DNA of 55,070 nt, filler included, from Sphacelaria rigidula (GCA_964200075.2; 4 parts of 4 records of this genome joined end to end with filler, not necessarily neighbours in it); one strand, 5' to 3'; positions 1 to 13,118 are shown, counted from the first letter of the whole stretch. The notes: generated by a model from the sequence alone, not told the origin. Numbers and translations are program-made.

Positions 1-58
1 AGGGATGCGAGGTCAATGGTCTGATGGCTATGGCATGCATGATCATGAGTACACCCCA
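1..58 (+). mobile_element. 3' tail of SINE-like non-autonomous retroposon (contig-end fragment)
   Basis: AGGGATGCGAGGTCAATGGTC...CATGAGTACACCCC matches copies at 41381-41470, 50521-50868, 51114-51603 and, in reverse, 26865-27324 and 49861-50125. Confidence 0.75.
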
Positions 59-219
59 ACCCCCCGCCCCTACACCTGCCACTCGTGGACAGCTTCGCCG
101 TAGGTGTTACTCCGCAAGGGACCAGGGCGTGGAAGGTCATCGCCGAGAAAGATTCGGCGAGGTTTTCGCTGCTTGGCTTGCTCTGTTTCGTGCTCGCTGC
201 TGTCTGCGAGCTACGTCTG

Positions 220-1290
220 CCGTTCTCGTAGTCATTGTCGATTTTGGCGAGAGTTTTGTGCGGGGGGGCGGAGGGGCGGCACACGTATTTTATTCCTCGG
301 CCACATCCGTCGAACACCAAAGTTTTGCGAGAATTATGTCGAAACTTATTCCACTTGGTTGGGTAGCTTCTAAATAAACAGAAAGCATAGAGCTCTACGA
401 ACGTGTTCGTCGACTTCGAAGTTGCCAAATACGGAGAATACTGCTCAAATTTATTCCGAAAATCCGGGGACAAGCCAATTTTTCCCCGAATTGACGCTTT
501 TCCCTCTTTGGTGCCAGAACGTGATACTTTATGAGGTATTGTGATGCATTGCGATGCGTAAAGGTTTGTGCCAGAGGAAAATATCTGGGACGTCCATGCT
601 CCAGGTGATCCATTTACGCAGTCATTGTCGATTTATTCTGGTGATCAGGGGGCATCACTCAACGTGCGTCATAGCACCTTAATCGTAACCCATGAGCACC
701 AAATTTTAGGAGATTACCGTCAAAACCTATTTCGATGGGTTACTAAAGGAGGAGAAGAAAAAAACGTTTTCGACGAGTACGACGTTGCCAAACACAGACT
801 CTATGGCGAAATTTGTTCCGAAAACTAGGTGATAGGCCATTTTCATCCCTGCATTATCACTTTTTTGCAAAACGGACCGCACCAGTGTCATAAACATTTG
901 TGCCAAAGGAGGAGGTTTGAAACGTCCCAGGGGTTCCATTTTCGTAGTCATTATAGATTTCTGCTGAAAAATGAGTGATTAGGGGGCACCACTCAACGTG
1001 GGTGATAGAGTACCTTAGTCAAAACCGATGAACACCAACATTTGGGAGATTGCTATCAAAACGTATTTCATTGGGTTGGAGAAGAAAAAAAACGAAAACA
1101 ATAGTTTTCGTCGAGTACGGCGTTGCCGAACACCGACTTAATCGCGCAATTTGTTCCGAAAAAGAGGAGATAGGCGATTTTCATCCCCGTATTGAACTTT
1201 TCTTCTCTTTTTTTCTTGAAAACGGATGGCATTACCCTAATAAACATTTGTACCAAAGGAGAAGGTCTGAGACGCCCAAGGTCGCGAGAA
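220..1290. repeat. Degenerate tandem repeat, ~3 units of ~335-380 bp
   Basis: GTTGCCAAA...AATTTGTTCCGAAAA-type blocks recur near 421, 784 and 1122, and GGGGCA(T/C)CACTCAACGTG recurs near 649 and 983. Confidence 0.7.
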
Positions 1291-3833
1291 ATCAACTACT
1301 GCGTAAAGTGTACCGTAATTGAAACAGAGGGTGTTTTGGCCGCACTTTTACGTTGACAGAGCCATACTCCATATCTACTCCTGCAACTTTGTTTGATTAT
1401 TTTTTCATTTTGAAAATCTTGGGTGACAAAGGATCAAATTGTCTCTCTCCGAATACTCTGGGTATTGTTCTACGTGTCGTGGTTCCCACGAACCAGAGTT
1501 TTTCCCGCTAGGTACCTTGAGCGTAACTTAAATGGGACATTTACCTCCAATATATGGGGTTTCAGTTCATAGCGATCAAGCTCTTGTTGTGTGCTGCCTA
1601 CGGCGTTGCAAGCTGTTCTTCTGTGCCTCACCGGGGCACAGTGCGTCAACAGTCGAGTAATGGATTTCGGGTCCCCTCTACGCTTTTCTTTTACGTGCAA
1701 GCTTCTCTTTCAGATACACGGCTTAATTTGTTTTCACCTCGTGTCGCTTCTGTGCGCGAGTTCGCCCTGGGCTGCCGCCTGCAGCAGTCACGCCTGTAGT
1801 ATTAGCGCGTACCACTGTGCCGCCTGCATTGAGTGTATTCTGCTGTTTTCGCCGCCCTGTACAGGCCGCCGTCGTTTTTGTACACTATATCGTTGCCAAT
1901 ACAAACGTGTGCGCACCACTATTTTGTCCACGCGTTGTGGTGTTGTCCCGATTTCAATCATGACCCCTCCTTCCACACACCCTCCTCTCCCCGATGCGCG
2001 CACCTTGCGCCGCATTCGGCGAGATATCGCCCGGGCACAACAGTTAGCGAACACCGCCAGCCGCCATGCATGACGGCGTACTCTCGTGTACGATGTGCCA
2101 TCTCAGGATGCAATCGACAGTCTTCCGCTCAATCCAACTGCGGAAACAATTCAGCGTTCTGTTATGTCGAGTCGGCAGGACAGTGTGTCATCGGTCGGCT
2201 CCTCTTTGCATACTAGTGCCAACCAACCTTTCCCCTCTTCACGTTTCCACACAGACAGCACGTGTTTGGATATGTTCACGGCTGTTCAACAGGAGCACAC
2301 GGATTGTCACGGTGGACAGGTTATATTGCAGCGCAGTGTGTTTGCCCCTGCTGGAATTGACGGCACGGCCTTCCCGATCACACTAGCCGGTTAGCCCCGG
2401 ATAAACCATCCGTCTGGCCCTCCTTCACAGTTTCTCGTTCCAGTTCTGGATCTTGTGGAGCTATGTCGAGTGCACTCGTTTCACAGGCGAGTGCCACCTC
2501 GCTGGATCAATCATTTTTCGTTTGTGATAAAGCTATTGCCTCGTCTGATCTCCTGCCCACCTGCACTGCACAACCCCCGCCTCCTGTCGATCACGCTTTC
2601 CGCCTTTCACCGGACCTCGACAGCATGAAAGGTTTTGCCGGCTCGTTCTCTGTACATGTACCCCGGAACCCCCCAAATAGTACCGACACATACATGTACA
2701 ACCAGTCGCCCTTGCCGGTCATGCACTACCCCTCACTCCCCCTGCGCAGCACAACCGCTCGATGCATGCGTAGAGTACAGTAGACTCCCCACAAGCTCCC
2801 CGCAGTAGCATGGCCGCTGACCCTCGGTGCCTAATACACCGTTTCTTTTCCGCCATCCCTGCCACGCGCAATTGTACAGACACAAAATTAACAATGGCGA
2901 AACCCGCGAACACGGTTGCTGCTGATCTACGCGCTGGTGATGACGATGGCACCGGAGATGCGCCTCTTGTGGGCAACGGTGGCGTGTTCACAGGTCAAAC
3001 TGGTGCAGTGTCGAGTGTTTTCAATTATGAGAAGGAGCACGTTGTTCTGCAGTCCTTTTCCCCTGGTAGAGCTCATGCTATGGTAAACGAGTCTGCCTCT
3101 GCACCAGATCCGGCCGCCCCCAGTATTTTTCATTCAGACCCGGGGTCTCAGCTGGGTTTTACCACTATTCACAATGCAACTAGCGCCCCTCACGGCACAA
3201 GCGCCGAGGAGGGCTCCTTCAGTGATGACGAAGTCGATGGTATATGACTTACAGGACGGCGATCAATCGCGCCCTACATCGGATTCCGCACCGGACCCAA
3301 CTGATGCCACAATGGTGACCGCGGGATTCAATACCTTCACCTCGGCAAGAAGCCTTAAAAACACGTCGTCACGCCCCCCCAAAAAATCGCATCAAAGAAA
3401 AACGTGCATTCGAGTACCGTTAATCGGCAGAACGTTCGGAGACGCCGTGGAAAACGATGACCACCACTGACCAGAAAGAATACTGGGAAACGTCCTGGGC
3501 CCGCGCCGCCCAGGCCAACGTCGAGCGTACTCGTTTTGAGGAGCATCAGGCGATGCAAAACCGCGCTAAATGTAGTCGGGCCTATATTGAAACCCAACGA
3601 GCGAATGAAAGGCGCCAAGTGGCCGCAAACAAAGCCCTTGAATCCGCCCAAATATCGAAGGACAAACTTGTAGCTGCCCTTGCACAAGCAGAAGCCAAAT
3701 ACGCCGCTGCTGTTCGTAACGTTCAGCTCGGAAACTATCAAGGTCCTGGGGGTGACATCCCTGGCGCAGAAATCTTCGCCACAGACACCGCCCCCCAGCC
3801 TACCAACGCGCCGCCTTTGGCCCCCCCCTCAGC

Positions 3834-3897
3834 TCCGTCTCGAAAGGGATGCGTGGTCAATGGTCAAACGACTAAGGCAAGCAACAAATGAGTACGC
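3834..3897 (+). mobile_element. 64-bp 5'-truncated LINE insertion with 13-bp target-site duplication
   Basis: It matches the 3' end of the LINE at 42898-42970 (reverse) and is flanked by CCCCCCCCTCAGC at 3821-3833 and 3898-3910. Confidence 0.9.
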
Positions 3898-6800
3898 CCC
3901 CCCCCTCAGCCCCAGGTCCCCCCGCACACTGCGTTTCACCTCCAACACAACACTTCAGTAGCGGTGCATACCATCTCCCCTGCCCAAACTGCGTCTTTCA
4001 CGCAGCCACGCCCACCCACTACCTCCTCCCGGCGCACATTTTAGAAGCTGCTCGCCGCCGACAGTCCATGACTTCATCGACTGTTCCGGCAGGAGGGCCA
4101 CTTGGGTCGGGCCCAACGGGCCCCGCGCCTCAGGCGACCGTACAGTCGGCTGATTCGGGACCGAATTTCTCCCAAATCAAGCAACGCTCCAACATGCCGC
4201 TCACGAAGTTCAGTGCCGAATTTTGCGACTTGGTCGCATCTTTACTTGGCCATGAACGCGTCGAAGAAAATACTGTGGACAAGGCGTTATCGCTACAGTC
4301 GGAATTACCCAATCACCAAGAAATCTCCTTGAAGGATGCATCCGACCTCATCATGCAAAACCATCATGATCCCCAATACCCCCGGCTTCGATGGGGCCTC
4401 GTAGAACCCGTAGCCGAGCACTTTAGGGCCATTGGTCGCATTCGCTCCAACCCGCCCACAGGTCAAGCTACTGACAATTCACATGGTAGGCAGGGAGTTC
4501 ATGGACAAGGGTTCTCCCGGGATCCCCCGGTAGATGCCGATCACGGTACACGTAACATACAGTCCGGCAGTGGGTTTTCGGATAGACGTTTTCGCACAGA
4601 CGCCCACCACCCCCCAGGCACATGGCAAGTAGTAGGTTCGGGTCGGGTCTCACCCCACCAGCGCAATAATGGCGTCGAAACAGACACGCTTTGAACATCC
4701 ACGCCCAACATAGAATCTGACCAGGGTGCGGCCTGCCCCGATCAGCCACTTTCCTCCACCATTGCCCGTGCACGTCACACCGCGCTCTCCGCTAAAACTG
4801 AGCAAAGGCATACGGCCACTGAAACCACTGACCCGACTAATCAGACCACCGCAGCCACCCTCGGCGGCCAGCCGTCACTCCCTGCCGTAAATGCACAAAC
4901 GACCACCCACCACCGTAGCCCGAAAGAGATACGCGACGTCAAACGTGCTTACCTCCAGCTAAACTTGAAAAAGGTATGCTCGATTCAAGCGAGCCTGCCC
5001 TTCCACGCGGATGCGAACGTAAGAACATAATGTAGCCAGCTACGTAAATCCATTACGGATACGTTACTGGACATTCTGCAAGTTTGCGACGAACAATTCG
5101 TAGACATGAAGACAAGTGTTTGGGTTGACGGTAGGACCGAACCACTACAGCGGACCTTGGGGAATGCCGTTGTACAGGATGCCCCCCGTGCGACCGACAT
5201 GATTGGTATGATCGGCGACCATTTTGCACAAGTCTCTCGCGCTCCATCACTTAGCACCTCTGGGTATGATGCTTTCTCTCTCCTCCTCCGGCTCCTGAGT
5301 TCTACCTTAGATTCCAGTTATGACGGCCAATTCATCGAGCAGACTTAATGCATCACGTACCCGAAGGCACCCCGTTCGACAAATATCTGCGCGGCTTCCG
5401 TGAGCTAGTCACAGTCAATGTTGATGGAGGGAGAGAGCTAGCACCCACCCAGGATATGGTCATGAGTGTATTCCGATCCAGCATGAGTCGGCAGTTCCCC
5501 GCCCTCATGCCAATCGTTTTCGCCAACGAAGCGGCCACCGCTTCGGTCCCGTTTGCTAACATTGAAACTATGTGGGGCAAAGTTAATAGTCTACGTGCAA
5601 ACCGCACGCCAGCTCTGCCGTATTACACCAGCCCCGGTACTCACGGGCAGGCAATAGCGCCGCCCAGCGTTTCGAGTAGCATCACGTACCACCCACACAC
5701 CGACACCCACACGTACCATGATCCTGGTGCATCCCGTGCGGACGATTCACGCACTAAAGCTTCGAGGATACCGGAGTCCATGTTGCCTGCCGATCAAGTA
5801 ATGGCGGCGAATTATATCGACTATCGCCACCCCTTTGCTAGCCGTTTCCCCAGCTGGCCCTTGTCTCATGAAATCTGGCCACATGTATACAACGTCAGTA
5901 TGTCGATGAATAACAATGATCCGCCATTGTAGGCCTCAGACATAGATTCTGCCGCACGCTCGGACCTCATCCGACGATTTAAGGATACCTGTTTGAACTG
6001 CGGACTGGTTTTTAATCCCCAAACGAGCTGTACAGCGGATGGTATGATTGCAGCGCATTCAATGCGCGTGTGTGAAGCGCCCTTCATGAATTCGTCTGGT
6101 CTCTTGAACAGAGCGTTTTTCGAACCGGAGTACGCGCACTGCTGGCCGAAATGGCAGGCCCGCGTGCGCTCGTACCGTGACATTCGTGATATTCGATCAC
6201 GGGACACGTGCATTCACCACAACCACTACCCTCGCACAAACCAACCCCGTTACAACAGCTATCGAGGTCCCGCCCCCTCATACGGCCCCCAGATTCAGAG
6301 GTATGATTACAGCCCGCACGCTGCCCAACTGACCCATCAGTAACATGGTCAAGCATCGCAGGCGCCTAAGCAAACCCCCAACGCCAATCAACTAGCACTC
6401 CCATCCAGCCAACCTCTGAACAGTCAGACAACCACAAAAACTTCGCAAGACGCTAGACGAGCCTCGCCCCGTAACCCTTATGGCCCACCGGCACAACAGA
6501 GTATGTCAAGTAACACAGCGCACACCGCCATGGGTATCACCTGACTGGCTCCTCGATACGCCGCGTACCCTTTGACGCTATCGCGTCAACCCCACAAGGG
6601 TACCGCTTGGTGGACGCCACCTTCCATAACTGCACCATAAGTTCGGTGCCAGTCCCTGTACTTGATCGTTCGTCTAGTCTTGAGGCATGAGCCTACACCA
6701 CAGACTGGCGGAATTTTCCCCCAGTCTCCGGTGCTACATCATTCCACGCGAATGCTTCCCCGCCTTTCACTGCCCATGACCAACCACCAAAACGGTGCGA

Positions 6801-8531
6801 TCCCCGTTAATTTTATGCGGCCACTGCCCCCACACCCCAAAACTGAGATACCGTCAGCCGGTGCTAGCTCAAGCTTGTTGTGCGGGTAAAATGGGTCCGA
6901 TGGGCCCTGAGTCAAGGGTCCCACTCAGACAAGATCCCGCGGAATCACACGTGATTATAGCTCTCACGGTGATAAATGGTGTCGTAATAACACTAGGAAT
7001 GATCACTCTAGTATACCACTTCATAATTTGATCTGTGAACGACTATCTTCCTCTCGGTCAAACCAGAGGGGGAGGCCACGTCCAGCAGGTATCCAAGTGC
7101 CGAGAGAGAAGCTCTCTCCCGGTCATCGTGTTGTTGTCCCTGCGATTATCCATCGTAGGGTACGTTTCAGCCCAGAAGCCCAAGTGGCGGCGGGCCCCTT
7201 TGTAGTTGAGTATAGTTATTCCACTGTGGATGCATGACCACAGGGAACCCTCGCTTTCCGTTGCTCCACGGGTTGGAGAAGGACCTCCGGCAATGACCCG
7301 GTCAGTAAGCCAAGAGCTCACACCGTCACGGAGCACGCCCGAGAACTTCCCAACAGTGACAGGCCATGACGGTACGCCTCAGCCATTGGATGTGCTGCTA
7401 CCGCCCTCTGTTCCCCCTTTGCACCCTGAGCCAGCACCTACACAAGAGGTCGAGGCGGAACATACTGTCGGTTTGTTGTCGCGTTCACGTGCGGACCCGC
7501 CACTGGCAACCTCACACCACAACAGTCTCACGCAGGTAACAGACGATTCGACCCCTGTAGTTCTAAGTTTGGCCCCCGACAACGTGTCCTCCGATAAATC
7601 CGTGGAGACCATGTCTATTTCCAAGGCATGTGTTGATGGTTCGGACGTGAGTTCTGCTGGTGCGGCCACAGGAACCACGTCCGACGACGAAAAACCGTCG
7701 ACCCCTTTGTCCACTACTGTAGATGTTTCGGCAGACACATCTCAGTGCAGGGTTGAAATTTCTGCTGACCCTACACTAGAGACATCAACTACTAAGCCAG
7801 AAGTGCATGCCCCCCCCTGTCGACATCAAAGCCGGCCCCGCTTCCACGATGGCGGCCACCCCTAATGGTCGCGCCCCCATAGCGTTTTATGAGATAAGTA
7901 GCCCTGACGCCCCAACATTGGAGAACACCCAAGACCAGTGGCCACATCCTGAGGCCCCACAAGACCACCCCAGAGTGTATCTCAATACCATAGTCCAGGA
8001 GGTACGGCGAATACATATCGATTCGTTGCCAGAATTTGGTCCGGATCCTACAAGTGACGTTGTCACGTGAGACGATGCGCCTTTTGCAACGAGACTTGGA
8101 TTTCATAGTGGGTCTTGTGCAAACCGTCAACTTATGGCTCTGGCACTACCGGACTCGGGCTACCCACAGACTTTCATCACCGCCAGTTACTGGCAGGAAA
8201 CGCTCCGCACCGGCGCGACAGATGATAAATGTCTGTCCGCTGTCCCCCCCCGCACCTTCGGCGGCTTCGGGTCAGGCTCCACTTTAAGTGCCACCCGGGC
8301 TATGCGGTTAAGTGTTCAGTTCTTCGATGATATGAACCCCACGGCACGACTTTCTGTTCGGGCTTCAATTGTTCCCCGCAATGACATGGCGTTTGATGTT
8401 TTGCTGGGCAGAGACACCTGGTTGCGATTTTCGACACATACATACACCACCGAACTCCCGTTACCGCATTCACCCACGAAGGGAAAGCTGCAGCTGGGTC
8501 ATCTTGACGACCAAACCGGTGCCCAGGATTT

Positions 8532-8790
8532 GACACTTTCTACGATAGCCCCCCTTCCAAAACAAAACCAGCTAAAAGTGTCACGAAAACAATGGTCATA
8601 CAGCGCCTGATTGTTCTGGTTAAGGCTGCGTGAAGCACCTCATATTGGCGACATTAGCGAGAACGAACCCAAGCGTGGGAATTCCCAGCTTCTCGTTGTG
8701 CTTGACGTTTCCCATTTCGATTTACGTCAAGATTTTGCCTCCCAAAACCATACACTTTTTTTTGGGAGGGGGGCTATCGTAGAAAGCGTC
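8532..8790. mobile_element. MITE (~259 bp) inserted in the Gypsy pol region
   Basis: Terminal inverted repeats are GACACTTTCTACGATAGCCCCCC and GGGGGGCTATCGTAGAAAGCGTC. The interior is homologous (reverse) to 53290-53495. TSD not resolved. Confidence 0.85.
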
Positions 8791-9427
8791 GTTTCACGCG
8801 CGACCCCTCTGTAAATAAAAGCGATTCCGAGTTGTTTTATGTTGGGGAGACAATTGTGTCACTTTCGCATAAACCCCAACCCGTGATGGTGAATTTGGTA
8901 CGGCGCAATGGTCTGCCAACACTCGTAGGACAGTACTTGGTAGACTTCCTTCCCCGCGACGGTTTGACAGGTTGCATGTTCGGGCAGGAGGGTTTATTTG
9001 TGAAGGACAGACGCCAGAAAATTTCCTGACGTCTCTGGAATGCGTTGGTCTAGTACCCAACCAGTTGTTGGGGTATGCCTCGGCTTCCCTACTACGTGCT
9101 CCCCTGTCTGATATATGCCCCCGCACCAGCACCACTGCTCCAACTGACGTCGAACAAAATGCCGACTGTGATGGACCAGTATCAATTGATCCAATGATAG
9201 TGACCGCGTCGGATGAAGACGCAAAAGCGGAAATTCCCCCAAAACTGTTGAATCACTTCCAGCCTGAGCAGCGGGCAAGTTTTTTGCGACTATGGAATGA
9301 CGTTCCTCCGCACCTTCGTCGTATCACCTTCAATCTCGAAGGTGAGGGTTGGAATCCAGCGCTTATTGGCAAACTATGAGATGTTCTGATCCGCTATGCC
9401 GCGCGATTTTCCATCTCTCCTCTTGAT

Positions 9428-11953
9428 TTGGGTCGCTGCACGACGGCTCCGTTCAATATGAACGTGCCCAAAGAAACGCCCCCTATCGCCACACGCCCTT
9501 ATCGTACAATTCCGCTGCTCGCTAATGTAGTACAAGTAGTCATAGACAGCTACTTAGCGGCAGAAATCATTCGTTATTCGACCTCTCCCTGGGCCTTTCC
9601 CTTGATTGTTGTTCGAAGGAAACATGGCAAGATCCACCTCACTGTCATCTATCAACGCTTGAACGCAGTGACGACAGTTCCCCGCCTTCCGCTCCCCAGA
9701 ATAGATGAAATCATCGATTCCCTTGGGCGAGGAAAACTATTTTCTACTTTCGATTTGCAGTCGGGTTACTACCAATTGGTAATGCACCCCGACTCCATTG
9801 AGATGACGGCGTTTTGCACACCGTCTGGACTGTATGAGTGGCTAGTGACCCCACAAGATGCCGCTGGTGCGCCCGGGGCTTTTCAACTAGTCATGTTTCC
9901 CCTCACCGATGGGCTTCCCAACTGTCAGATGTATCAGGACGATGCCGAGGGGCACGTAGAGCAATTAGCGATATTTTTTGGCCGATTCGAGCAGCATAAT
10001 CTGAAACTTTCTCCATCGAAATCACAGGTTGGCGCGATGACGATCACATTTCTGGGGCACTACATTACCCCAGAAGGCCGCAGCCCAACTCTCGACAAAG
10101 CTTCAGCTCTTGCAAACATACCAATGCCCAAAGATGTCACTCGGTTGCCCTCGCTGCTCGGCGGCCTCAGCTACTACCGCCAATATCTACCGAATCTCGC
10201 GCGGACACTAAAACCCCTCACCACCCTCCTCAAGCGAAGGGTGAAGTTCGAGTTCATCACAGCCATGGAAAAGACAGTCCACGAGCTCCTTGCCCAATTG
10301 TCTAGCCCTCCGGTCCTTGTATATCCTGATTGGGATGCCGCCCAGGCCGGTTCACGGCCTTTCCGTCTACATACCGACGCCTGCAAGATTGGATTCGGCT
10401 GTACACTTGAGATGGAGCAAGAAGCGGGCGCCATTGTTTGGGGTGTCCGGCGTCTCCATCACTATTTTTATGGCATTCCCGTCGTCATTTTGACCGACTA
10501 CAACTTGTTCGAAAACCTCGCAAAAATGGCGGACCACAATGCGGAAGTCCAGCCTTGGTTCGAAATACTATCTTCTTACGACTTTCAGTTGGAGAATCGG
10601 ACGGGTCCTCATAACGCCAACGCTGACTTCCTCTCACAATTGCCGATACCTGCCACACCGATCGATATCTCCCCCACGGGGCGCGTAACATACCCCAGGA
10701 AAGAAATCGTTTACTTGATCAGCCGCCCTGGTCACCATGGTCTCTGGACGCCTCACACCTCCACCGAGACTACGGGTTTGAGCATGAGTGGGCTGACACC
10801 TTCTGCCCGGAAAAAACGCTACGTGGCTTGCCTCCCCCGGACTTTACCTTCGGTGTTTGGGAATACCACCACCAATGCAAGCACCATATTTGGATATGAC
10901 CTTTTCAGAATGACGGGCCGCCGCGTGACTGTTGCCGCCGCACCGGAGCTCACCGTTCCCCCATCTGTTTTTCCTGTACAAGTACGCGATCTCATTTCTA
11001 GCCGAACGCGGAGTCGCAGAGCAGCAGAGGCCGCCGCTCAGGCCGCTGTTGCCGGACCTGATCTTCCCCCGCCTTCTCCGGTCCCGGTGCCGGCGAGTTT
11101 CCTCGCCCCACCCCAACCACGTCGATACAAACCAGCGCCTAGGGCGGGATTACCTCCTACTGGCCTGCCAACGGTCGACGAATCCGCGGAGGACGATGCT
11201 CCGATCAATGACCTCTCGGTTACCAGTGACTTCGCTGTCCCACAGCCTTCCACTACCAACGAATCTCTGTTTGTACCTTTGTTGGGACCCATCGGGGAAA
11301 ACCTTTTGTACCTCGATATCCCCACGGATGAGGCTGGGCCTCCGCAGAAAAACCGCGTGTCTGTCTCGCGCTGTAAACCTTGCACCACCTCGCACGATAT
11401 CACCGACATGCCCAAACACTTGCCGTTGGGACTCAGCCAGTATGTATTGACGAGGCACGCCACCAAGTCGCCGCCTTTTCATGTCACGGCTGAAGATGTT
11501 CACGCCCCCGTGGAACGCATAGTAGTCGATCATATCAGCGGACACCAACTGGTCCGCGGTCGTGATGGCAAAATAGCAGTGATGTGTCAGACGCACTGGA
11601 AAGAATTGATGTGGGTCACGTGGGAACGAGAAATCGACTTGTGGCATTTCCGTAGACAAATTTTGCTGTACTGGGTAGGCGATGTTGCGCAACACCGCCC
11701 GTTGAACCGAAGATACAGGTCTATGCGGAAGGGCGCGGCGGCACGGGAGCTGGTCCGGGAGCATTCAGCCCGGTTCGTCATGGCTGGCTATAGCCTTGTT
11801 TCGCGTGCGCAATACTTGCTTCCTTTTCGAGAAAACGTCTACCGAAAGGCGCGTACTGGTGGTTGGGCAAGATTCACTTACCAGCCCCCGACTCCGACAA
11901 CACCCACCACATCCGCTTCCTCGATGACCCCGGCCCACTCAAGCTCATTGTAG
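9428..11953 (+). pseudogene. Gypsy pol pseudo-ORF (RT-RNase H with internal deletions, fused to the post-integrase region)
   Basis: The RT catalytic motif is degraded to MYQDD with adjacent residues missing. RNase H lacks the segment between LEMEQ and EAGAIVW. No HHCC or DDE integrase motifs are present. Confidence 0.85.
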
Positions 11954-12119
11954 ACGATACTTACAACACTGAAGCGTCGCCCACTCGCCGCGGGTCCTGG
12001 TGTCTCCAGGGTCACGATGATGGCAACATAGACGACGCTATTCTCCGGAATACCGCCAATTCATGGAAGGAAGACGAGTCTTGATGCACTCTGCCCTACC
12101 TCCTGCTTCCACATCCCCT

Positions 12120-12260
12120 TGTTTGTGTATGTTTGTGTATGTTTTTATGTATGTATGTGTGTATGGGCGTATGCGTGTATGAGTGTGGGTATATGTGTGT
12201 GTATGTCATACGTGTGTATGCGTGTGCGTGTACGTTTATGTGTGTATGTGTGGGTGGGTG
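12120..12260. repeat. Imperfect (TG/TA) microsatellite
   Basis: Direct reading of the GTGTGTATG-rich tract. Confidence 0.9.
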
Positions 12261-12747
12261 AATGGTCGCGTCTCGATGCCGTTTTGGAGCTTCCCCACAT
12301 GTTGAAGGTCGGGTTGATGTGGTTCTGGAACTGTGGTGCCTTTGTTCGAACACATTTATGTACCGGGGCAAGGTGATCCGAGCGCATTGGAACGAGCGTT
12401 TTTTTTTTTCGTTTCGACAGTTGGCTCAACCAACTGTCATAGCCGGCCGCACGGTATTTGTGAAAACCCCACATTAAGGTTTGATATCCAACAACCCACC
12501 TGAAATTGGTGACCTGGTGTATTACTTGAGGACGTGTGTGTGATCATCGTGTGGAGTTGTGAGTTGCGAATATTCTGCAGCTTCACCCTTCCGTCCTCGT
12601 TTGGCTCGACATTTATGGAGAACGGAGATCACGCTGTAGTCTTTCCCTCCACTGCCATTCATTCTTAGCCGAGGTATTCACTGCAGTTGCTCCTTGCTAG
12701 CTGTGAGGGTCTCAGCCACCTTCTTATCTTGTTCGTTGTTCTGATGT

Positions 12748-13118
12748 TTCTCGTTTTTGTTCCCGTGTCTCCACGACCTTCACTCGCTCGTGAATCGTTG
12801 GATCCGATACACCCCGCCTCTTCTCAACCCAACATTTGCAAAAACGGATGACCGATTCCCCAAGGGCTTCCTCAGTAAATGTTACTTACGTAATCAGCCG
12901 TGTGTTTGACATTTGTGCCAACGGGTGACCGATACCGCAAGGGCTTCCTCACCAAATTGTCATCTGTCGGTGTCCACTATACTTTTTTTTCTCGTTTCTT
13001 CTGTTTTCCTCGTTTTTGTTCCTGCGTCTCCACGACCTTCACTCCCTCGTGAATCGTTGGGCCCAAGACACCCCGCCTCTTCTCAACCCAACGTTTGCGA
13101 AGACGGAAGACCGATCTA
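12748..13118 (+). repeat. ~110-bp direct repeat pair downstream of Gypsy pol
   Basis: CTCGTTTTTGTTCC...CCACGACCTTCACTC...GAATCGTTGG...CACCCCGCCTCTTCTCAACCCAAC occurs at ~12748-12857 and ~13007-13118. Confidence 0.85.

Larger units (their letters stand above)
2810..12084 (+). mobile_element. Decayed Ty3/Gypsy LTR retrotransposon (gag-like region, protease, RT, RNase H, chromodomain-like C-terminus; integrase core absent)
   Basis: Gag-like fragments at 5348-6343 include CLNC...HSMRVC. Protease-like FDVLLGRD lies near 8390. ORF 9428-11953 has STSPWAFPLIVVRRK, LPLPRIDEIIDSLG, FSTFDLQSGYYQ, TAFCTPSGLYEW, FLGH, PFRLHTDACKIGFG, ILTDY and NANADFLS. No LTR pair was found, so the boundaries are approximate. 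Confidence 0.9.

Noticed and set aside
6880..7330. Possible solo LTR or insertion inside the Gypsy element
   Set aside because: The composition shifts, but no TSD, termini or second copy could be identified.
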